NCBI GenBank assembly: GCA_950097015.1
Contig: CATNEN010000001.1
Span: 15,004,001-15,068,000 of the forward strand
Length of the DNA: 64,000 nt
Direction: 5' to 3'
DNA from: Macrostomum hystrix
Lineage: Eukaryota; Animalia; Platyhelminthes
Each line of letters starts with the position of its first letter. Position 1 is the first letter of the stretch. This document shows, piece after piece, positions 12,121-25,449 of the stretch. A model generated the notes under the pieces. That model worked only from the letters and a program-made list of their open reading frames with translations, did not search any database and was not told the origin of the DNA. Both the position numbers and the translations under genes were made by a program.

Positions 12121-12504
12121 CTAAAGTGGTTTGCTAAAGTGGTTAGTTGATGTTAGAAATATAAAGATACGATGACAGACCATACTAACAAATCAAAAGT
12201 GAGTACACTTATTGTTACTTAGATATGCTCAATAATTCATATTTAACACGCATGCTAGCACTTAAGCTCTTTTTCACTCACTCACTCACTCATTCATACA
12301 TTAGGCAATCTTGTTTAATTTCTGTCTATACATAAATGTGTCTGCATGTTATCGGCTGAATAACTATAGCTGCAGTTGTTGCAGCGGCAGTTAGTGGACA
12401 GGAAATGAAGTAATAAAGTGAAAAAAGTAACTTTTTTCCGGACAATTTACTGTCATATTCAGACTTACGGTAACACTAAGGTACAATATATACTCACTCA
12501 CAAT

Positions 12505-15500
12505 CGTGAGACTGTGAGATCAGGTGAGACTGTGAGATCAGGTGAGACTGTGAGATCAGGTAAAGACTGTGAGATCAGGTGAGACTGTGAGATCAGGTGA
12601 GACTGTGAGATCAGGTGAGACTGTGAGATCAGGTGAGACTGTGAGATCAGGTAAAGACTGTGAGATCAGGTGAGGCTGTGAGATCAGGTGAGACTGTGAG
12701 ATCAGGTGAGACTGTGAGATCAGGTGAGACTGTGAGATCATATGGTGAGACTGAGATCATGTGAGACTGTGAGATCAGAGGGTAAGACTCTGAGATCAGA
12801 GGGTGAGACTGTGAGATCAGGTGAGACTGTGAGATCAGAGGGTGAGACTGTGAGATCAGAGGGTGAGACTGTGAGAACAGGAAAGACTTTGAGATCATAT
12901 GGTGAGACTGAGATCATGTGAGACTGTGAGATCAGAGGGTGAGACTGTGAGATCAGGTGAGACTGTGAGATCAGAGGGTGAGACTGTGAGATCAGGTGAG
13001 ACTGTGAGATCAGGTGAGACTGTGAGATCAGGTGAGACTGTGAGATCAGGTGAGACTGTGAGATCACGTGAGACTGTGAGATCATATGGTGAGACTGAGA
13101 TCATGTGAGACTGTGAGATCAGAGGGTAAGACTCTGAGATCAGAGGGTGAGACTGTGAGATCAGGTGAGACTGTGAGATCAGAGGGTGAGACTGTGAGAT
13201 CAGAGGGTGAGACTGTGAGATCAGGAAAGACTTTGAGATCATATGGTGAGACTGAGATCATGTGAGACTGTGTGATCAGAGGGTGAGACTGTGAGATCAG
13301 AGGGTGAGACTGTGAGATCAGGTGAGACTGTGAGATCAGAGGGTGAGACTGTGAGATCAGGTGAGACTGTGAGATCAGGTGAGACTGTGAGATCAGGTAA
13401 AGACTGTGAGATCAGGTGAGACTGTGAGATCAGGTGAGACTGTGAGATCATATGGTGAGACTGAGATCATGTGAGACTGTGAGATCAGAGGGTAAGACTC
13501 TGAGATCAGAGGGTGAGACTGTGAGATCAGGTGAGACTGTGAGATCAGGTGTGACTGTGAGATCAGGTGAGATTGTGAGATCAGGTGAGACTGTGAGATC
13601 AGGTGAGACTGAGATCATGTGAGACTGTGAGATCAGAGGGTGAGACTGTGAGATCAGAGGGTGAGACTGTGAGATCAGGTGAGACTGTGAGATCAGAGGG
13701 TGAGACTGTGAGATCAGGTGAGACTGTGAGATCAGGTGAGACTGTGAGATCATATGGTGAGACTGAGATCATGTGAGACTGTGAGATCAGAGGGTAAGAC
13801 TCTGAGATCAGAGGGTGAGACTGTGAGATCAGGTGAGACTGTGAGATCAGGTGAGACTGTGAGATCAGGTGAGATTGTGAGATCAGGTGAGACTGTGAGA
13901 TCAGGTGAGACTGTGAGATCAGGTGAGACTGTGAGATCAGGTGAGACTGTGAGATCAGGTGAGACTGTGAGATCAGGTGAGACTGTGAGATCAGGTGAGA
14001 CTGTGAGATCAGAGGGTGAGACTGTGAGATCAGAGGGTGAGACTGTGAGATTAGATAGTAAGACTGTGAGATTAGATAGTGAGATTGTGAGATCAGAGAG
14101 TGAGATTGTGAGATCAGAGGGTGAGACTGTGAGATCAAGTGAGACTGTGATCAGATTAGACTGTGAGATCAGAGGGTGAGATTGTGAGATTAGATAGTGA
14201 GATTGTGAGATCAGAGAGTGAGATTGTGAGATCAGAGGGTGAGATTGTGAGATCAGGTGAGACTGTGAGATCAGAGGGTGAGACTGTGAGATCAGGTGAG
14301 ACTGTGAGATCAGGTGAGACTGTGAGATCAGGTGAGACTGTGAGATTAGGTGAGACTGTGAGATCAGGTGAGACTGTGAGATCAGGTGAGACTGTGAGAT
14401 CAGAGGGTGAGACTGTGAGATCAGAGGGTGAGACTGTGAGATTAGATTGTGAGACTGTGAGATCAGAGGGTGAGATTGTGAGATCAGATGGTGAGACTGT
14501 GAGATTAGAGAGTGAGACTGTGAGATCAGATGGTGAGACTGTGAGATCAGAGGGTCAGACTGTGAGATCAGAGGGTGAGACTGTGAGATTAGATAGTGAG
14601 ACTGTGAGATCAGAGGGTGAGATTGTGAGATCAGAGAGTGAGATTGTGAGATCAGAGGGTGAGATTGTGAGATCAGGTGAGACTGTGAGATCAGGTGAGA
14701 CTGTGATCAGATGAGACTGTGAGATCAGATTGTGAGATTGTGAGATTAGATAGTGAGACTGTGAGATCAGAGAGTGAGATTGTGAGATCAGAGGGTGAGA
14801 TTGTGAGATCAGGTGAGACTGTGAGATCAGAGGGTGAGACTGTGAGATCAGGTGAGACTGTGAGATCAGGTGAGACTGTGAGATCAGGTGAGACTGTGAG
14901 ATTAGGTGAGACTGTGAGATCAGGTGAGACTGTGAGATCAGGTGAGACTGTGAGATCAGAGGGTGAGACTGTGAGATCAGAGGGTGAGACTGTGAGATTA
15001 GATTGTGAGACTGTGAGATCAGAGGGTGAGATTGTGAGATCAGATGGTGAGACTGTGAGATTAGAGAGTGAGACTGTGAGATCAGATGGTGAGACTGTGA
15101 GATCAGAGGGTCAGACTGTGAGATCAGAGGGTGAGACTGTGAGATTAGATAGTGAGACTGTGAGATCAGAGGGTGAGATTGTGAGATCAGAGAGTGAGAT
15201 TGTGAGATCAGAGGGTGAGATTGTGAGATCAGGTGAGACTGTGAGATCAGGTGAGACTGTGATCAGATGAGACTGTGAGATCAGATTGTGAGATTGTGAG
15301 ATTAGATAGTGAGACTGTGAGATCAGAGAGTGAGATTGTGAGATCAGAGGGTGAGACTGTGAGATCAGGAAAGACTTTGAGATCATATGGTGAGACTGTG
15401 AGATCAGGTGAGACTGTGAGATCAGGTGAGACTGTGAGATCAGGTGAGACTGTGAGATCAGGTGAGACTGTGAGATCAGGTGAGACTGTGAGATCAGGTG

Positions 15501-15755
15501 AGACTGTGAGATCAGATGAGACTGTGAGATCAGAGGGTGAGATTAGATAGTGAGACTGTGAGATCAGAGGGTGAGATTGTGAGATCAGAGAGTGAGATTG
15601 TGAGATCAGATGGTGAGACTGTGAGATTAGAGAGTGAGACTGTGAGATCAGATGGTGAGACTGTGAGATCAGAGGGTGAGACTGTGAGATCAGAGGGTGA
15701 GACTGTGAGATCAGAGGGTGAGACTGTGAGATCAGAGGGTGAGACTGTGAGATCA
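12505..15755. repeat. 18/21-bp minisatellite GTGAGACTGTGAGATCAG(AGG) with higher-order blocks (for example a 556-bp offset)
   Basis: Direct copies; near-identical ORFs at 14163 and 14719. Confidence 0.95.
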
Positions 15756-16324
15756 GTAAGCGAGAATATCTCCATTATCGAGACTACTAAAGCAGAGTTT
15801 GAGAAGACTAACTAAGGAAACAGCATAGCAACAGCCTAGAGACTGACATATCAAGGGAATGCAAATAGATGTTGATGAGCTAATAAAGTTTCATCAGCTC
15901 TTGTGGTTAGTCTCCTTGGGCTTGCTTATTCAGTCCAAAATCGTCTTTCTAGTTGAGCAGTCGTACCCTCTCCTCCTCTCACAATAAATATTCTATGCTA
16001 ATGGTGCTGATAGCCATGGCCATACATACACGACTCAAACTCGTATTATACACGTATAATGAGACTCGAGAAACCTTATCACACCTTATTCCTTGGGCGG
16101 CAAGTGCTGTGCAAAATGTACTTTCTAAACTAACCCTTTACAGCTGGGTCAGTACGGCGTTCGACTATGAGACTATTATGGAAGCCTAAATAGATTCATC
16201 CTTCTTTGTGAATGATGACCTATAGGCGAAATTCGACTCAAATTCTGTTTATGCAACGATCTATTTTTATCATAGTCATTGTTATCGAAATCTAATATCC
16301 CCAGAATAATCCCTATAATACCCC

Positions 16325-17880
16325 CAGAATCTCACCCCTACTCAACTTTGAGAATCTCACCCTTACTCAGACTAGAATCTCACCCACCCCAGACTAGAAT
16401 CTCACCCATCCCAGACTAGAATCTCACCCTAACTCAGACTAGAATCTCACCCATCCCGGACTAGAATCTCACCTATCCCAGACTAGAATCTCACCCATCC
16501 TAGACTAGAATCTCACCCATCTCAGACTAGAATCTCACCCACCCCAGACTAGAATCTCACCTATCCCAGACTAGAATCTCACCCATCCCAGACTAGAATC
16601 TCACCCATCCCGGACTAGAATCTCACCCATCCCAGACTAGAATCTCACCCATCCTAGACTAGAATCTCACCCATCTCAGACTAGAATCTCACCCAACCCA
16701 GACTAGAATCTCACCCATCCCAGACTAGAATCTCACCCATCCCAGACTAGAATCTCACCCATCCCAGACTAGAATCTCACCCATCCTAGACTAGAATCGC
16801 ACCCATCCCAGACAAGGATCTCACACTTAAGCAGACTAGAATCTCACCCATCCCAGACTAAAATCTCACCCATCCTAGACTAGAATCTCACCCATCTCAG
16901 ACTAGAATCTCACCCAACCCAGACTAGAATCTCACCCATCCCAGACTAGAATCTCACCCATCCCAGACTAGAATCTCACCCATCCCAGACTAGAATCTCA
17001 CCCATCCCAGACTAGAATCTCACCCATCCCAGACTAGAATCTCACCCATCACAGACTAGAATCTCACCCATCCCGGACTAGAATCTCACCCATCCCAGAC
17101 TAGAATCTCACCCATCCCAGACTAGAGTCTCACCCATCCCAGACTAGAATCTCACCCATCCCGGACTAGAATCTCACCCATCCCAGACTAGAATCTCACC
17201 CATCCCAGACTAGAATCTCACCCATCCCAGACTAGAATCTCACCCATCCCAGACTAGAATCTCACCCATCACAGACTAGAATCTCACCCATCCCGGACTA
17301 GAATCTCACCCATCCCAGACTAGAATCTCACCCATCCCAGACTAGAGTCTCACCCATCCCAGACTAGAATCTCACCCATCCCGGACTAGAATCTCACCCA
17401 TCCCAGACTAAAATCTCACCCATCCTAGACTAGAATCTCACCCATCTCAGACTAGAATCTCACCCAACCCAGACTAGAATCTCACCCATCCCAGACTAGA
17501 ATCTCACCCATCCCAGACTAGAATCTCACCCATCCCAGACTAGAATCTCACCCATCCCAGACTAGAATCTCACCCATCCCAGACTAGAATCTCACCCATC
17601 ACAGACTAGAATCTCACCCATCCCAGACTAGAATCTCACCCATCCCAGACTAGAATCTCACCCATCCCAGACTAGAGTCTCACCCATCCCAGACTAGAAT
17701 CTCACCCATCCCGGACTAGAATCTCACCCATCCCAGACTAGAATCTCACCCATCCCAGACTAGAGTCTCACCCATCCCAGACTAGAATCTCACCCATCCC
17801 AGACTAGAATCTCACCCATCCCAGACTAGAATCTCAACCATCACGGATTATAATCTCACCAATACCAGACTAAAATCTCA
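16325..17880 (+). repeat. 22-bp minisatellite CCCAGACTAGAATCTCACCCAT
   Basis: About 70 copies; inverted partner at 18390-19155. Confidence 0.95.
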
Positions 17881-18389
17881 ACTTTTCTCTGCTATGCTGA
17901 AGCAGAAAATACTTTGAAAGCACGGACATCGCCGGCCACCTCCGCCCGTGGGGTAGGGCCAATAAAAATTGGGAAATGACTGGGGCTGGGGTTGTTGCCG
18001 GGAGCATTTGATGAGGATCCCAGCACGATTCTGTCTATCCCATTTCTGTTGCTTCCCCGGCAAGGGATGTTTTATTGCTTAAAAGGCCAATAAATTTTTG
18101 GTGCATTTTCAAAAGGTCGTACACCTACCGCGATTTCGGAACGAAGAAATGTGAAATTGAAAAATGTAAATTATACACCTCGGGCGTTAGGCTTGGGGAA
18201 ATTGTGCGCGCACTTTTATGCTTTGGGATTTGCACTGGCCTGGTTTAATTAATGTGGGAAAATTGGCGACCAAGACCGATGGCTGGGGGTTTTGGGCTGA
18301 GCTGGATACGGCTGAGTGACATCAGCAACATCCACTGCACCCTTGCAAGCTGCCCTGAGCTTGGAAACCAGGGGTTTGAGGCTATGATT

Positions 18390-19155
18390 CTGGACTGGGA
18401 TGGGTGAGATTCTAGTTTGAGTAAGGGTGAGATTCTAGTTTGAGTAAGGGTGAGATTCTAGTCCGTGATGGGTGAAATTCTAGTCCGTGATGAGTGAGAT
18501 TCTACTTGTAGTTTGAGTAATGGTGAGATTCTAGACTGTGATGGATGAGATTCTAGTCCGTGATGGGTGAGATTCTAGTCTGGGATGGGTGAGATTCTAG
18601 TCTGAGTTAGGGTGAGATTCTTGTTTTAGATGGGTGAGATTCTACTTGTAGCTTGAGTAAGGGTGAGATTCTAGTCTGGGATGGGTGAGATTCTAGTCTG
18701 GGATGGGTGAGATTCTAGTCTGAGTTAGGGTGAGATTCTAGTCTGGGATGGGTGAGATTCTAGTCTGTGATGGGTGAGATTCTAGTCTGGGATGGGTGAG
18801 ATTCTAGTCTGTGATGGGTGAGATTCTAGTCTGGGATGGGTGAGATTCTAGTCTGGGATGGGTGAGATTCTAGTCTGGGATGGGTGAGATTCTAGTCTGA
18901 GTTAGGGTGAGATTCTAGTCTGGGATGGGTGAGATTCTAGTCTGTGATGGGTGAGATTCTAGTCTGGGATGGGTGAGATTCTAGTCTGTGATGGGTGAGA
19001 TTCTAGTCTGGGATGGGTGAGATTCTAGTCTGTGATGGGTGAGATTCTAGTCTGGGATGGGTGAGATTCTAGTCTGGGATGGGTGAGATTCTAGTCTGGG
19101 ATGGGTGAGATTCTAGTCTGAGTTAGGGTGAGATTCTAGTCTGGGATGGGTGAGA
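18390..19155 (-). repeat. 22-bp minisatellite ATGGGTGAGATTCTAGTCTGGG (reverse complement of 16325-17880)
   Basis: The unit is the exact reverse complement of the upstream array unit. Confidence 0.95.
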
Positions 19156-19479
19156 CACGAGAGTTCAGAACAGATTTTATAGAAAAGGTTTTCCAAATGC
19201 TTTCTTAACTTCACTGCAAAAAAACTTTCTAGTCAAACGAGCACAGCACCCCTTTCCATAGCTCGTACTCTCCCATGAGACCATGGATTCATTAATTTCC
19301 ACTCGATCATCACTGCATCCGAATAGGGATGCATTAGGTTGAGTTCCTCAGGCCCAGACACTGAGTAATGCAGTTGCATAGCTTGAAGTACTGTTTCACT
19401 CCTGACCAACTCACCGAGGTGCAAATATTTCTTGTTCTAATCATGTATCTCATGTCTACTCATGTCTACTTATACTCAC

Positions 19480-21470
19480 GTGTCTCATGCCTAATCTTAT
19501 TTATTTCTCATGCCCATATCATTTCATACTCATGCCCAATCTCATTTCTCTCTCATGCCCAATCTCATTTCTCTCTCATGCCCAATCTCATCTCTCTCAT
19601 GCCCAATCTCATCTCTCTCATGCCCAATCTCATTTCTCTCTCATGCCCAATCTCATCTCTCTCATGCCCAATCTCATCTCTCTCACGCCCAATCTCATCT
19701 CTCTCTCATGCCCAATCTCATCTCTCTCATGCCCAATCTCATATTTCTCTCTCATGCCCAATCTCATATTTCTCTCTCATGCCCAATCCATTTCTCTCTC
19801 ATGCCCAATCTCATTTCTCTCTCATGCCCAATCTCATTTCTCTCTCATGCCCAATCTCATCTCTCTCATGCCCAATCTCATCTCTCTCATGCCCAATCTC
19901 ATTTCTCTCTCATGCCCAATCTCATCTCTCTCATGCCCAATCTCATTTCTCTCTCATGCCCAATCTCATCTCTCTCATGCCCAATCTCATTTCTCTCTCA
20001 TGCCCAATCTCATATTTCTCTCTCATGCCCAATCCATTTCTCTCTCATGCCCAATCTCATCTCTCTCATGCCCAATCTCATCTCTCTCTCATGCCCAATC
20101 TCATCTCTCTCATGCCCAATCTCATATTTCTCTCTCATGCCCAATCTCATATTTCTCTCTCATGCCCAATCTCATATTTCTCTCTCATGCCCAATCCATT
20201 TCTCTCTCATGCCCAATCTCATTTCTCTCTCATGCCCAATCTCATTTCTCTCTCATGCCCAATCTCATCTCTCTCATGCCCAATCTCATCTCTCTCATGC
20301 CCAATCTCATTTCTCTCTCATGCCCAATCTCATCTCTCTCATGCCCAATCTCATTTCTCTCTCATGCCCAATCTCATCTCTCTCATGCCCAATCTCATTT
20401 CTCTCTCATGCCCAATCTCATATTTCTCTCTCATGCCCAATCCATTTCTCTCTCATGCCCAATCTCATCTCTCTCATGCCCAATCTCATCTCTCTCTCAT
20501 GCCCAATCTCATCTCTCTCATGCCCAATCTCATATTTCTCTCTCATGCCCAATCTCATATTTCTCTCTCATGCCCAATCTCATATTTCTCTCTCATGCCC
20601 AATCTCATTTCTCTCTCATGCCCAATCTCATTTCTCTCTCATGCCCAATCTCATCTCTCTCATGCCCAATCTCATCTCTCTCATGCCCAATCTCATTTCT
20701 CTCTCATGCCCAATCTCATCTCTCTCATGCCCAATCTCATTTCTCTCTCATGCCCAATCTCATATTTCTCTCTCATGCCCAATCCATTTCTCTCTCATGC
20801 CCAATCTCATCTCTCTCATGCCCAATCTCATCTCTCTCATGCCCAATCTCATATTTCTCTCTCATGCCCAATCTCATATTTCTCTCTCATGCCCAATCCA
20901 TTTCTCTCTCATGCCCAATCTCATTTCTCTCTCATGCCCAATCTCATTTCTCTCTCATGCCCAATCTCATCTCTCTCATGCCCAATCTCATCTCTCTCAT
21001 GCCCAATCTCATTTCTCTCTCATGCCCAATCTCATATTTCTCTCTCATGCCCAATCCATTTCTCTCTCATGCCCAATCTCATTTCTCTCTCATGCCCAAT
21101 CTCATATTTCTCTCTCATGCCCAATCCATTTCTCTCTCATGCCCAATCTCATTTCTCTCTCATGCCCAATCTCATTTCTCTCTCATGCCCAATCTCATAT
21201 TTCTCTCTCATGCCCAATCCATTTCTCTCTCATGCCCAATCTTATTTCATTCTCATGCCCAATCTCATATTTCTCTCTCATGCCCAATCTCATTTCTCTC
21301 TCATGCCCAATCTCATATTTCTCTCTCATGCCCAATCTCATATTTCTCTCTCATGCCCAATCTCATATTTCTCTCTCATGCCCAATCTCATATTTCTCTC
21401 TCATGCCCAATCTCATATTTCTCTCTCATGCCCAATCTCATATTTCTCTCTCATGCCCAATCCATTTCTC
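19480..21470. repeat. 21-25-bp minisatellite CATGCCCAATCTCAT(AT)(TT)CTCTCT
   Basis: Direct copies, open in all three + frames (spurious ORFs). Confidence 0.95.
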
Positions 21471-22294
21471 CCTGACAATGTCTTACCCATAATTTTAATT
21501 CTTCGACCGGGTGTCGAAGGAATCTCGCCAACCCACTCAGCAAGACATTGAAATCGGATGCTCTTAAAAAATATTTGACATAGCAACGAAAGCTGCACAT
21601 GGAATGGGAAATCTAGTGTCATTAGTAACAAATATTTGATTGCTTTCCAGTGAAAGATGAAATATGATGAGCTTTTGAGAGCTGTCGTTTGCAATTTCTT
21701 TAATGGCACAGGCTTCTCAGCTCTAAATGCTTCCTTTCTTGCTTTATCCCACTCTATCCACCATTTTCCGTCTCTATCCTTCTCTATTTGTCCTAATCCC
21801 GTCTAGAAAAAAAACAAACATTGTACACGCTGTGTGCCGGAATTTCTGTTGAAATCTTAAAAGTACAAGGCTTTCAGATAACACGCACCGATACGAGTTT
21901 ATCTTTTATGCACAGACTGGCTAATACAAAACTGGATAGTTAGAAACTATATTTTATAGATTCTAGATTACTTTGCGACAGGCGGGGGGAAATATCCTTC
22001 ACCAGCACAGAGGAAAAAGTTTTATTTGGGGATCTAACAGTAAAGTACATCACCATGGTTACAACGAGTCAAACGTAGATTACCTTTGACCCAAAGTAGA
22101 ATAGAATGATTTATCTATTTTTAGGTCAATACGAGTTATATATATAAAATTAACGACTCGATGGTGTGCCTTCTGCCTTCACCCAGTTTGATTAACTAAC
22201 TGTGACAAAGGAGGATTAATAAATGGCCAAGAAAAATTCTCTAATTCTTGATTTATCACTTCCCACAGTCGCGGCGTGGAACCCACATTTAATA

Positions 22295-22392
22295 ATGAAA
22301 ATAATTGCAGGATGGCTGCGGGCAATGAATGAATGCGGCCTCGCCGCGAAATCGAGCTCAGGGACCTTGGTGCGAGAGGCAAACGCGTTACT
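22295..22392 (-). mobile_element. Internally deleted copy of the tRNA-derived SINE-like element at 44290-44605
   Basis: AATAATTGCAGG-GGCTGCGGGCAATG and TGCGGCCTCG-CGCG-AATCGAGCTC-GGGACCTTGGTGCGAGAGGCAAAC match the two ends of the 44.3-44.6 kb copy. Confidence 0.7.
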
Positions 22393-22631
22393 CTTAGAAA
22401 AAAACGAATCTGAGACTTGGAGAAAAATGGTTATCATGTCTCAATTTCCCTGCTTAAAAATTATATTATTCCAACAACGATGTTCTCACACTTGTACAAT
22501 ATAAGGATAAGCCTAATAGGCTATATTCAAAGGCATGAATTATTCATTACTTAAAATTATTGGGTAAATTGAACTCCCATGTATTCTCAAAGGCTAATGG
22601 AGACTTCACACATTGTCATCACACAGATATG

Positions 22632-22987
<356 letters not shown>

Positions 22988-23399
22988 TCACGGACTTACA
23001 GATGAAGCAAGCCTTCATGGCGACTCTCTCACAGATTCATTTAGATGCTAGAACTCAAGTTCTCAAATCGATGTCGATGACTTCGGGACAAACAGATTTC
23101 GAAAGATTTTTCTGTTTTACGTGGCGGGAAATTTCTGACTGTTTAGCTGCTTCTCTGCCTGCAATGGGCCACCCGTGAGATGCCATAAATATAATATATA
23201 AGGGACTAAATCTTCAGCCAATCAAAACTAAACCAAGCTCTGCCCCTAATGCCGACAGACCCCAACCCCCTGTCTCCATGCCCCGTCACAGAATTGTAGT
23301 GATGTAGCCCTTACTTGGAACTGCAAAAATTGAATACATTTCTGATGCTTTTACTGTACTTTCTGTCCCACTGCACTGCACTTGCAGTTCATTCATTAA

Positions 23400-25092
23400 C
23401 CCCATCTCCCATCTCCCTCTCTCCCATCTCCCTAATCCCATCTCCCCCTTTCCCATCTCCCTCTCTCCCATTTCCCATCTCCCATCTCCGTCTCTTCCAT
23501 CTCCCTAATCCCATCTCCCCCTTTCCCATCTCCCTCTCTCCCATCTCCGTCTCTCCCATTTCCCATCTCCCATCTCCGTCTCTTCCATCTCCCTATCTCC
23601 CATCTCCCTCTCTCCCATCTCCCTAATCCCATCTCCCCCTTTCCCATCTCCCTCTCTCCCATCTCCGTCTCTCCCATTTCCCATCTCCCATCTCCGTCTC
23701 TTCCATCTCCCTAATCCCATCTCCCCCTTTCCCATCTCCCTCTCTCCCATCTCCGTCTCTCCCATTTCCCATCTCCCATCTCCGTCTCTTCCATCTCCCT
23801 AATCCCATCTCCCCCTTTCCTATCTCCCTCTCTCCCATCTCCGTCTCTCCCATTTCCCATCTCCCATCTCCGTCTCTTCCATCTCCCTATCTCCCATCTC
23901 CCTCTCTCCCATCTCCCTAATCCCATCTCCCCCTTTCCCATCTCCCTCTCTCCCATCTCCCTAATCCCATCTCCCCCTTTCCCATCTCCCTCTCTCCCAT
24001 CTCCGTCTCTCCCATTTCCCATCTCCCATCTCCGTCTCTTCCATCTCCCTAATCCCATCTCCCCCTTTCCTATCTCCCTCTCTCCCATCTCCGTCTCTCC
24101 CATTTCCCATCTCCCATCTCCGTCTCTTCCATCTCCCTAATCCCATCTCCCCCTTTCCTATCTCCCTCTCTCCCATCTCCGTCTCTCCCATTTCCCATCT
24201 CCCATCTCCGTCTCTTCCATCTCCCTATCTCCCATCTCCCTCTCTCCCATCTCCCTAATCCCATCTCCCCCTTTCCCATCTCCCTCTCTCCCATCTCCGT
24301 CTCTCCCATTTCCCATCTCCCATCTCCGTCTCTTCCATCTCCCTAATCCCATCTCCCCCTTTCCTATCTCCCTCTCTCCCATCTCCGTCTCTCCCATTTC
24401 CCATCTCCCATCTCCGTCTCTTCCATCTCCCTAATCCCATCTCCCCCTTTCCTATCTCCCTCTCTCCCATCTCCGTCTCTCCCATTTCCCATCTCCCATC
24501 TCCGTCTCTTCCATCTCCCTAATCCCATCTCCCCCTTTCCCATCTCCCTCTCTCCCATCTCCGTCTCTCCTATTTCCCATCTCCCATCTCCGTCTCTTCC
24601 ATCTCCCTAATCCCATCTCCCCCTTTCCTATCTCCCTCTCTCCCATCTCCGTCTCTCCCATTTCCCATCTCCCATCTCCGTCTCTTCCATCTCCCTATCT
24701 CCCATCTCCCTCTCTCCCATCTCCCTAATCCCATCTCCCCCTTTCCCATCTCCCTCTCTCCCATCTCCGTCTCTCCCATTTCCCATCTCCCATCTCCGTC
24801 TCTTCCATCTCCCTAATCCCATCTCCCCCTTTCCTATCTCCCTCTCTCCCATCTCCTTCTCTCCTATTTCCCATCTCCCATCTCCGTCTCTTCCATCTCC
24901 CTATCTCCCATCTCCCTCTCTCCCATCTCCCTAATCCCATCTCCCCCTTTCCCATCTCCCTCTCTCCCATCTCCCTCTCTCCCATCTCCGTCTCTCCCAT
25001 TTCCCATCTCCCATCTCCCATCTCCCATCTCATATCTCCTATCTCCCATCTCATATCTCCCATCTCCCTCTCTCCAATCTCCCATCTCCCCC
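23400..25092. repeat. Pyrimidine-rich compound minisatellite of CCCATCTCC-based ~15-bp subunits, with ~88/118-bp higher-order units
   Basis: Direct copies with strong purine/pyrimidine strand asymmetry. Confidence 0.9.
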
Positions 25093-25449
25093 TTTCCCGG
25101 TGAGAAGCTGATGCACTTCTAGACTTCACACTTGTGTGATGTTAGAGCAGCAATTTGCAAACAAACCAATCGCCAACATAGACGTCCACTCGTCAAGCGT
25201 TTTTTACTCAAAACACGTGTCTGTGTCCCCATACGGGCACAAAAAATGTGGAGGCGTGTCAAGCAGAATTTTTATGTGCCTAAGTATAGCCGGGTATTAA
25301 ATGTCAAAATAATTTTCGTTTTTACGCCCCCTTGCCATATGATCATTTGCTTTGCTCATGCAGCTAACACAGTCGATTTATGCTTCACAATAAACGCACT
25401 TTTCTTGCAAATTGTACTGCCGATAGACTAATCTATTGTCTCCCATCCG

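Noticed and set aside
15872-15900. CTGATGA/GAAA hammerhead-like motif on the minus strand
   Set aside because: Forms only a simple hairpin; no stem II or three-way junction.
18600-19130. TTAGGG telomeric motif
   Set aside because: Only isolated occurrences as variants of the 22-bp unit.
19368-21551. 660-727 aa ORFs in all three + frames
   Set aside because: Translations of a stop-free minisatellite; no domain or gene structure.
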